Shown one piece after another: positions 11,640-21,671 of a DNA stretch of 64,000 nt. Each line of letters starts with the position of its first letter. Position 1 is the first letter of the stretch. The translations under genes were made by a program, and so were the position numbers. This DNA comes from Geosiphon pyriformis uo1 (Eukaryota > Fungi > Glomeromycota). The notes beneath the pieces are model-generated. The model ran no database searches. It was not told where the DNA came from and saw only the letters and a program-made list of their open reading frames with translations. The stretch covers positions 376,373 to 440,372 of the forward strand of contig JAAOMT010000003.1 in NCBI GenBank assembly GCA_016748015.1, in the 5' to 3' direction.

Positions 11640-14600
11640 TTTGTTGAAGTGAGTTCACAGTAGAGGGCGATTTCTGGGAAATTTAGAATTTCTTGTGGTG
11701 TTGACGCGTTTTCTATCTCCGTTCCGAGGTATCCAATGATGGTATCTTCCAGAATGTAGACGGGTTCTTCTGTGGTGTTTGCAATAGGAATTTTTATTCA
11801 TTGAGCTTTATCAGCTGGAATAAAAAGGTTAGTAAGTCCTATGAGAAACTGTTGGCAAGTTTCTGGGTAGGGCTCAAATATTAGGTCTTTTTCTTTAATT
11901 GTCCTTTTTATTCTTATTTCTGATTTTCCATATGGTAGGAGCGTGATGGACCGCTCATTTTTAATTACTTCGCCTTTTTCCTTTATTGTTTCAGCGAAAT
12001 TCGCTTCAATTCCTTTTCCTGTCGATCCAAAACCAAAAGTTCCTCTCGTTGTTTGTGACAATTCCTCACGATTTTCCACTGGCACGAATTTCCCAATTTT
12101 TACCAATGGTAGGAAAATTGCTTGTGCAATCTTTTCCTTAGATTCAATGGTATAAGGCTTTTCTGAATTGTTCTGTAGCAAAACCATCAAATTTCCAGTG
12201 TATCTGGAGTCAATTACTCCTCCTTGAACGCTTATTCCTTTTTTCGCGAGGCTTGATCGCGACGCCATTTGAACCATTATTCCTGGTGGAATTTCAACCG
12301 CTATTTTTAGGTCAATTTTGGTGATGCTCCTGGGTGGTAATGTTGTGAATTGGTCTTCCGGATAACATAGATCGAATCCGGTGTCGGTTGGATGAGCTCT
12401 TTCGGGTATTATTCCTAAGTGCCCGTTGTCGAAATATTGGATGTCGTTCACCTGTTCTAGGTCGGTATAGGCTACAAATTTTTCTGACTCAGGACCATCA
12501 GATGAGTCTTGTTGATTTATTGATTGATTTTGAGACTGCTGATTCTCAATTTCCATTTTTCTTTCTAAGTCCCTTTCATCTTGACACTCTTCACAGCACT
12601 GACTTTGGCACGGGATGAGACAGTTTTCGCAGAGGTAAGTGTTGATTTAGGCGAGGTATTGTTCTTGCTCTTGTCGAGTGGGGCATAGTTGTTGGTAGTA
12701 GTCCTGGAATTCGTCTACTGGGTTGAACATGTTGTAGCTGGCAACTTTGTCGGCTACTTCGGCTGACTCTTTCCAACGTCGTATTTCTTCGGCAGTTCCT
12801 CCTCTTACTTTGGCTTGTGCGGTGTTGTACAACTCGTCCTCGTCATGTGGGTAGTGCTGTAGTCTTTTTAACGCTCTGTTGAATGCTGCTTCGAATGGCG
12901 TTCCTCCTCTTATCCAGTCACAGATGAGGATCGTATTGGCAAGTTGCGTCACACGTTCCTCCTCTGTCTGGTAAGTCGTTCCAGTCGCACCCTCTTGGTA
13001 ATGGTTCTCCACAAGCGAGGCACGGTTCCTCATCCCATTTTCCGTGTCTTTCTGGGTAATCGTATTTTTCTTTGTTACAACGGTTACAATAGTAGTGGGT
13101 GGGGTTTCTTGGGCATTCGGTGCGCTGCATGCAGTCATAGACGAGAGTTTCTTCTTGCAAACCGAGCATTCTAGCTTTGGTCTGCATCGCTGGTGGTTTC
13201 TTTGTGAACTTACCTAGTTCCATTCGGATCTTTCTTCGCTGGTTCACGTTGGTACGGCTGGTAGTCCTGTTCTTTGGTCATCAGCCCAAGAGAGCTGATA
13301 GGTTTCGATGGCTGGTAGTGCTGGATTTTCCTCAAATTCGAAGGTAGGTCTTTAGTTGGCGCTGGGTTTTTGGAAGTGGCCACAGGTGGTTGGAATTTTG
13401 GCCTGGTGGCCATTATAATTGATCAGAAGCTCTTGGGTGGTCCAGTCTAGGGTGGCGTTGGCTTTTGTTAGCCAGTCATTTCCTACTAACACTTGATATT
13501 GTGTAGCGTCCATTACTAATACTTTTGTAGGTATTACTATGCCGTTAATTTCGAAAGGAAATGAGTCGATTTCGCCATAAGGCAGCTTTGTACTTCCATC
13601 GGCTGTTATAATTTGGGACGTCGCGGCACGATCAACTTTGAAACCCAGTTGGTTTACTAGTTGAAGCATTACGATGCTTCCAGCGGATCCGTTGTCTAAG
13701 ATAAGTTTGATTGGGGTATTGTTTACAGTGGCTTCCATATACATAGCAGTGATTGGGTGTTTTTCGTCCAATGCTGCTCCACTGAACATAGCCTCGTTTT
13801 CCTCTAATTCAAAAGGAAAAATAGCTGCGAGGCTGCTATCTTCAGTGGCAACTGCTGGTGGTATTGTCTGGCTCAATTTGGAGGAATTCTTGGTTCTGTT
13901 TATGTTTCTACCGTCATTGTTTCCGATGATCAGGTTTTCCAGTATATTAAGGTAAGTTTGTTGATAATTTTGGTAGTTTGGATTGGTTTGCTGATTGGTT
14001 CCGGTGCGGTTTGAATTCCTCTGGACCAACATATTCTGGTTCCATATGGGCTGATTTCGGGCCTTGGGACGCCAATTCGGGTTGGCTATCATGGGCTGTT
14101 GCTGGTAAGCTCCTTGATTTTGATACGTGGTGGGATATTGGCGTGGTATTGGTGTGTACTGGTTTCTGGGCATTTGGGGTGGCACGTAGTAATTATTTTT
14201 GCGTGCTTCCTACATCATTCGCGTTCGACATTGACTAATCAAATGTCCTACGCGTTTGCAAAAATGGCAGGCACGTGTTTCTGTTCTGAATTCCTGGTGC
14301 GACGAGCAATTATTTCAACTGTCGCTGACTTCCTGGCTGCGTCTTTGGGGTGGTTGGTATGTATTTTTTCTCGGATCCGGGATGAGGTAACTTTCTATTT
14401 TCTTAGAAAGTTCCTTCCCTAATTGCATTACTCTTTTCTCTAATGTTTCTGTCTTATTTTCCTCCATTACCATGTTAACCATTTGACTATGGTTAGCTTC
14501 TTTCTCAGCCAATTCAAGGGCTCTGGCGAGTGTAACGGCTTTTGGTAAGGAATTAGGATGGGCAGGGCGTACTCTTCCTAAAATGCTGCTTTTTAATCCT

Positions 14601-15886
14601 CTAATAAACTGATTTAAAACCTGAGAATCAGTGTAGTATCCTTGTTCAATCGCTTCAATCTGACGGCGAATTCGATTGAATCGAGCAAGGTATTGGGTGA
14701 CAGTTTCACTGGTATTTTGCTTGATAGTATTGAATTTGTTCTGTAGTTGGATTACGGCGTTTGGGTCGCTAAAATACTCCAGGAGTGCATTTTTAAATTC
14801 GGCAAAGCTCGTGGGTTTTGTTTCTAGGCTTTGATACCACGAGTCGGCTGTGCTTTTCAGGAAGAAAGGTAATGTTTGAATTGCTCTTTGGTCGTTCCAG
14901 TTATTTGCCTGGATGGCTTTTTGTGCTTCTCTGAGCCATGTGTGCACGTCCATTTCTTCTTCCTCTCCTGAGAAATCTGTTAGTCTTGCAATGTATGGTG
15001 TGGTCATTTCATTGCCGTTTTCTGCTGGTGGGTTTATTGGTCTAAGAGAAGGTGGGATGATATTTCCTTGAATATTCCTAAAGGTGGCTTCCTTTATATC
15101 CGGTTCTTCCTCTTGATCACGAGTTTCTTGGTTTCTGGACTGGCTGCTTGTTCCAGTGACTGGTCTTGTAATTGTTTTTTCGCTGGTCTCTTTTTCGGAT
15201 TCTGATTCAGACTCCTCTTCACGGTTTTCAAACCCCGTTCTAAATTTTGGCTGAAAAAGAGGGTTTTGGAATAGTGATGAATATCCTCCTGTAATTGGTA
15301 TGTCTCCCCAGTTACGTTGTTTAATTTTATCAATATAACTAGGAGTTTTTGGCGTTTGTGGAGTTGATGTTGATGATAATGCAGCTCCTAATGGAATTTG
15401 TATCTTATTTTCTGGTGAAAAATAGTATGATTTATCTTCTGGTGAATAAATACGTTGTTTCTTTATTGATTGAGTGACAGTTTTCTTTGGCGTTTGAGCT
15501 GGTGTTCCTAGTTTTTGCTGGTTACTTTCCTGATTAGTTTTTAAATTTTCTTTGGTTTTGTTGGCGCGTTCCTTAGTGTTTCCTGTGGATATTGGAAAAT
15601 TTTCGTTGGCATATTGCTCAATTTCTCGATGGATTTTGACAATAGTTGCGGCTATTACTGCTACTTCTTTTGTAGTGTATTGTGAGAATTCTCTATACAA
15701 TCCAAGTTTTGCGTCGTGTGGTTCTTCTTCCTTTACTATATGATAATTTATTCTGGCGTTGATATAATAAGTGAAGGCAAATTCTGCTGGACAACACCCT
15801 TCTGGTAATCCAAGATCACTTTGATTTTGTGTGTAAATAGCATGGCAGAATTCAAGAACAGTAAGATTAGGGGTTTTTGTCACCAC
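11640..15886 (-). pseudogene. LTR-1 Gag-PR-Cys-rich-dUTPase polyprotein, few stops/frameshifts, truncated before RT
   Basis: ORFs 14315-15886, 13352-14185, 12647-13138 and 11798-12556 share one frame. Capsid region, knuckle CHFCKRVGHLISQC, protease LILDNGSAGS, and dUTPase motifs TGFDL, SRSSLA, GVIDSRYTG, KIAQAIF, RGTFGFGSTG. Confidence 0.9.
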
Positions 15887-15968
15887 TTTTGTCTTTTCCT
15901 TTTTAGCAATGAATTATTGCTAATTATTATTTCTTTTTTGATTTTCTTTCCTCGTAGGGTTCACCAAA

Positions 15969-16405
15969 TATTACGGGATGGTTTTCTTGTTATATTTAAT
16001 TGCTGATATCCCACTTTAATTGCAATCAGTCTTTCGTGAGTTCCTCAATTCTATTTGTGTGATAATGTCACTGTTACACTGAAGGCTTTCTTTTTACTGT
16101 TGCGATGTAAGTTATTCTTTAATTCTTGATTGTTGTGTGTGTTTATGTACTCCTTCTCAGANNNNNNNNNNNNNNNNNNNNAGTTCTACGAGAAAATACT
16201 TTCTTTTTGATATTTCAACCTGGTGCTTGCTGCTATCACCAGTTGGTGTTGGCTGCTATTGTGAACTGGTGCTTGCCACTATTGCGAGATGGTGTTTGCT
16301 ACTATGTTAATCATTACCTTTCTAAGATTATTACTGTGCTATATTATGATTGAATAGTTTGTATTATTTTTATGATTCTTTTTGTTAAATTCTTAAACCG
16401 TAACA
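15969..16405 (-). repeat. 5' LTR of LTR-1 (about 410 bp replaced by assembly gap at 16162-16181)
   Basis: Both sides of the N run align with the 3' LTR with 10 substitutions in about 417 bp. Confidence 0.9.
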
Positions 16406-17164
16406 CCACTCTCTAATAACATAATACTTTATTACTTATTTTTATATTTAACAACTTGTTTAGTAAAACAAGACTTAATGTGAAATGGTAATAACACATG
16501 ATTTGAAAGATCAAAAGTAATAGAATAACTTGAAATGGTAATAACAAGTAAGTAAAAGATTATAAACAATGTAATTCCAAATGATAATAAAGAATATGAG
16601 AAGGCATACTTGAGATTGTGATAACAAATATTTAGAGCATAGAAAAAGAGAAAGAGAAAGTGAGATATAAAAGAAAAAACTAACTGCTTACTATAAAACT
16701 ATAGTAAAAAGTTGGCTTAGTATTGAACTAATACTTTTCTGAACTAACAGAGAGACTATATATATAGTTAAATTATATTAGATCTACATATTATATTAGA
16801 ACTATTTAAAATACATCAATTATTTATATATATTGAATTAATTAATTCATAATAAGTTTATTCAGCTTATTATTTATTCAAGAACTAGTAATTTAAATGA
16901 TCAGATTTTAGATGGCTGAATCTAAAACATTGATTATAAATCAATAATATCAATTGTGATTATGATTAACATAATCAGAAATAGATCAATTGATTATATT
17001 TCTTGGTAACTACTTTTAACTATTGATTGCAAATCTGAAATATTAGATTGTTCCAATAAGAGTGTATGAGAATCTTGAAACATAAAAAAGTCTGTTGTTA
17101 TTAGATTATATGTATTAATTATCTATTTTCATTGGTGTTTCTTGGTTTGTTAAGATTTTTTTTT

Positions 17165-18400
17165 TTTTTACATTTCACAAGCGAAGTCCAAACACTACCT
17201 AGTACAATACATCAATTAACTGATTTAAACTAGACATGAATCATGCATTTTCTACATATAACCAGCCACTTGGGCCAATTAGGACCACACTAAATATCTA
17301 TATGTACTAAGACTGAGTCTTCAACACTTAAAAAAAACAAACAAAACTTACAAAAACCAAAACCAACACCAATCATCTCAGCAATACCCAGCAACTTAAC
17401 AATACCTACAGAAAGCAATGCAGACAGCCCTGAAACTAAAACTAAAGCTGAATCATCACTAGATATCATCCCACTCTTCTCCATGCAGGCATAATGCTTA
17501 GCATAGACCAACTAAATCTTGTTCTTAAAGACAAGACACAAGTTACACACAAATTTTACAATCTTCTGACCAGCTATTTTAGCACCTCCAAAAACAAACA
17601 CAGCTTCCTGAAACCAATCCTTAAAAACAAAGCCCTTGCAAAGAGCCATGCAAACTGCAACATTTGAAGCACAGAAAGATAAAAATTGAGAAACACTTGA
17701 AAAGAAGATGAAAAGACCAGAAAGAAGACCCCAAGCAACAGTGTAAACATTCAACAAGCAATAATGAGCAGAATCATCTACTGCACAAGAAACCAAGATT
17801 TCTTTGTATTCAACTTAGTTAAACTATTAAATTGTGTTATATTTCTTTATTGTAATTAAACTGATTGCTGATCATTTATTTTCAGATTGCTGGCTGATTT
17901 TGTTAATTAAGTGCGATAATATAAGTCTTTTTTTCATGATTTTGATGTTAATTTTTATTGTATGTGTTGTAATTTTTGCATTGAAAAGTGTAAAAATCTT
18001 TCAGCAACACTATCTATACACAGCTTTCATCAATTATGTATGAAGATTTGATGACTTTTGACTAATAAAACCAGTAAGCATGTGTGAGTCAGAGTGCTAA
18101 ACTTTTGTAGTGATTTCTCAATCTATACCCTTAATTAACATATTAGAAATTATATTATGAGCAGAACCAGTTTCTCAACAAGCATAACAAACAGACCTAA
18201 AAATGTTTTTGACAAAATAATGAGTATTGTCAAATATAACAGTATTTTCAGTCACCAAAAAATGTTTTCATATTTCCACCAACAAAAAAAAAAGCCAGCA
18301 GTTATGTCTACAATGGTGTCTGCTTTCATATTACTACTTTTATTAATAACTATAACCAAAAATTATTATTTTAATATATTAAAATTCTTAAATATTTTTT
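17165..18400 (-). mobile_element. Decayed LINE 3' fragment(s)
   Basis: T-run, then family 3'UTR at 17180-17290; ORFs 17290-17511 and 17512-17796 match the ORF2 C-terminus; HSDSHMLTGF-like motif near 18070-18100. Probably more than one copy. Confidence 0.8.
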
Positions 18401-19459
18401 TTAATATTAATTATTTTGAAAAAATAAATAGAATAAGTAATTTTAATAATGACAATTATAAATTATAAAGTTTTTTAGTTTTAAATAATAAGTTTATTAA
18501 ATTATAAATTAAATTAAATTAATTATTTAAGTTAATTAATTTTTTTAATTACAAGATAATAAAATTGAAATTTTTTTTTTAATATTATTATTATATATAT
18601 AATTTTTATAATATAAGATGTTCTAATATTTCAAATTATTTTTACACTTTATTTAATTATTATTAATATTTTTAATATTATTAAAATTTTAAAATTTCTA
18701 ATATTTTTAATATTCTTAAAATTTTTACAAATATTTCTGAAATTTTTGGTATTATTTTATTTTATTAATTTTAATATATAATTAATTAATATATACTATA
18801 AGCTAAATATTAATTATTATTTTTATTTTTTTTATAAATAATACTGGTTTTAATTAATATATAGTTAAATTGTTTAATAAATTAAATTTTAGTTAATTTT
18901 TATTAATTTTAAAACAAATTAAATTATGTTTTTACAAATAAATTTTATGAATTAATCTATTAAATAAATAGTTTTTATTTTAATGTTTAATAAATTGTTA
19001 ATATTAAATTAAATTATGTTAAAATTATGTTTTAATTTCTAAATAATTCTATTAATTTTAAATAATTTATTAAAAATAATATTAAATTTTTTTGTATAAA
19101 GTTTATATTTAAATTTTTTTTGAATATTATTATTAAGATTGAAATTTTTAAACTATTTGTTTATTATCTTTAAAATTGTAAAAATTTTTGTAATTTTTGT
19201 TTTTATACTTAATATTAAAATTTTACTTAATATTTTTGGTAATTTTTTTAACAAAATTAAAATTTTTTAATGTTTTTAATAAAATTTAATATTAAATTAA
19301 AGTTTATTAATTTATAATAATATATTATTATGTATTATAAGTTATTAAAACTGTTTTTACTTATTAATTAATTTTAATAATAAAAATAATTATTTTTTGC
19401 AATAAATTTAAAACTTAGTTAATTAATTTTTAATTATAAAACTGTTTTTTTATTTATTT

Positions 19460-20500
19460 ATTTTATGAGTAAGACTCAAATGCTATTTAGCATAATACAT
19501 CAAACTAAATAATCTAAATTAAATACAAATCATGTATTTTTTACATGTAACCAGCTATTTAAGTCAATCAGAGCAATATTATGAATCTATTCTAACAGAA
19601 ACCATACTATTAACACCAAAAAAAAAATACAAACCAAAACTAACTAAAACTAACTCTATGTATCTCCATAATTTCAAGCAACTTAATAATACTGTCTAAA
19701 AACAGAGATAACAGATTATAAATTATTAAAAATACAGAACTATTATATATAATTAAATTATTTTTTTCTAAAATTGCTTTATATTTAGATTTTACCAATT
19801 ATACATTAATACAATAGACTATTTCCAAATCTTATACAAAATCAACAATCCTCTTATTTGTTTTCTTAACACACTTAAAAATAAAAACAGTTTTCAAAAT
19901 TCATTTTTTTAATATAATACTTTTGTACAAAACAGTATAAACAACATTATTAAATATACAGAAAAAAAGCATTTATAAAATACAAGATAATAACAAGTCT
20001 AATCTTGACATAAAATTCTACTGAACCAAGCAACTTTTTATAAACATAAGATTTCATTTTGTATGTAAAAAAATGATTAAAAACCCCTATTTCTCTGCAA
20101 TAAAGACATAATACATTAGGATATTTCTTATTATACAAGTGTTTATAAACAGCAATAGACAACTAATAATATACAGCTTTTATAAAATATAAATACAAAT
20201 TAGCAGTAAATTTACTTGTAAAACCTAAAGCCATATGCAAATTAGGATGCCAAACTGATGATATTTAAACTCAATTCATATTTTTAATTATGTTTTCATT
20301 AACAATATTAAATCCAGATCCAATTTTCTAGTAAGTATAATTAATAGCTCTAAAAATATTGTGAACAAAATAACAAACAATTTTGAACACCACTATTTTA
20401 TCAACTTTAATGTATTTTTTTTAATAAAAACAGAAAGCACTAAATTTAAACATGAAGTTATGTTAACTAGTTTTTCAGTATACTTATTATTTAAGATACT
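19460..20500 (-). mobile_element. Heavily decayed LINE 3' fragment
   Basis: Family 3'UTR at 19467-19580; ORF 19950-20162 YPNVLCLYCREIGVFNHFFT (C-terminal zinc finger); WHPNLHMALGFTS near 20215-20255. Confidence 0.75.
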
Positions 20501-21671
20501 TAAATAGGTTTTAATTTTAGACCAAAAAATATTAAATTTTTTATTTTTAACAAAATTTACAATACTATGCTTTTTTAGTTAATATTACTGTTTTTTTGGT
20601 TTTTAAAATTTTTTTAAAGTTTTTTATTCTATTTAAAATTTTTATTAATAGTTTGTCAATTTAATATTTTATATTAAATATTGTTATTTTTTATTATATA
20701 TGTTTTTTGATAGAATACATAAATTTAGTTTAAATTTATTTAAATTAAAATTGTAAAGTTTGTTTAATATAATAAAATTTATTATAAATAAAATTAAATT
20801 TTAATAAATTTAATAATATTTTTTATGACTGTTTAAGTAAATTAAATTATAAATATAAAAACATGTTTTATTTTTTTAAAAATTAAGTTTATAATTGTAA
20901 TTAATAAATTTATAATAATATATAATTAGAAAAAAAAATTTGTAAAAAAAAACTGAAAAATAAATATATAAATATATATATAATAAATAGATATTTATAA
21001 TATTTTAATAGAATAAAAGTATTAAATATTTTTGATTTAAAATATAAATAAGTATTTATTAACTTAAATTTAAATGACTGGTTATATATTAAAAATGCAT
21101 AATTTATATTATAGTTATAATATTTTGTAAAAATTAAAATAAATATTAAATAAATTACACTTTGTTAAAACAATAAATAATAAAATAAATAAATTTTTTT
21201 TTCTAATATAATTTATTTTGGTTATTTATTTGGTAAAATATTAATTTTAAGTTTAAAATTAAGTGTTTATTACATTTAAATTGAAATTTGAAAAAATTAA
21301 ATTTTTTTAATAAAATAAAACTTGTAATTAAAATTTTTTTATTTCCAAAAATTCAACAAAAAAACATTGGTAATTTATACTAAAATTTTTAGTACTAATA
21401 TTTATTAATATAATGGATAACCGTTTTTATTAAATAAAATTAATTGTAAATTACTATAATAACATTCAAAGCTACATATAGGGCGAACATTAAATCTATA
21501 TATATTAATATATTTCAAGATTAAAAAATAAATTCAATAATAAATTATTCAATTTAAAGGTAGATATACAAAGTCTAAATATTTAAGGGTTAATATTAAT
21601 ATGATTAAATACAAGAAATAGTTGAATGAAAATTAAATAGTAAAATGATTGATAAAGTGTAAGGATTTAAC

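Larger units (their letters stand above)
10715..16405 (-). mobile_element. LTR-1: non-autonomous Ty3/Gypsy deletion derivative (gag, PR, Cys-rich domain, dUTPase; no RT/RNase H/IN)
   Basis: 3' LTR 10715-11543 and 5' LTR 15969-16405 (interrupted by an N gap); 4-bp TSD CCAC at 10711-10714 and 16406-16409; PBS TGGTGAACCCTACGAGG at 15950-15966; PPT GAAAGGAAGGGATAA at 11544-11558. Confidence 0.93.

Noticed and set aside
16162-16181. Apparently shorter 5' LTR in LTR-1
   Set aside because: Assembly gap (N run), not biology.
16406-17160. Sequence flanking LTR-1 (with 10270-10714) as a possible decayed gene or element
   Set aside because: Could not assign any motif; left unannotated.
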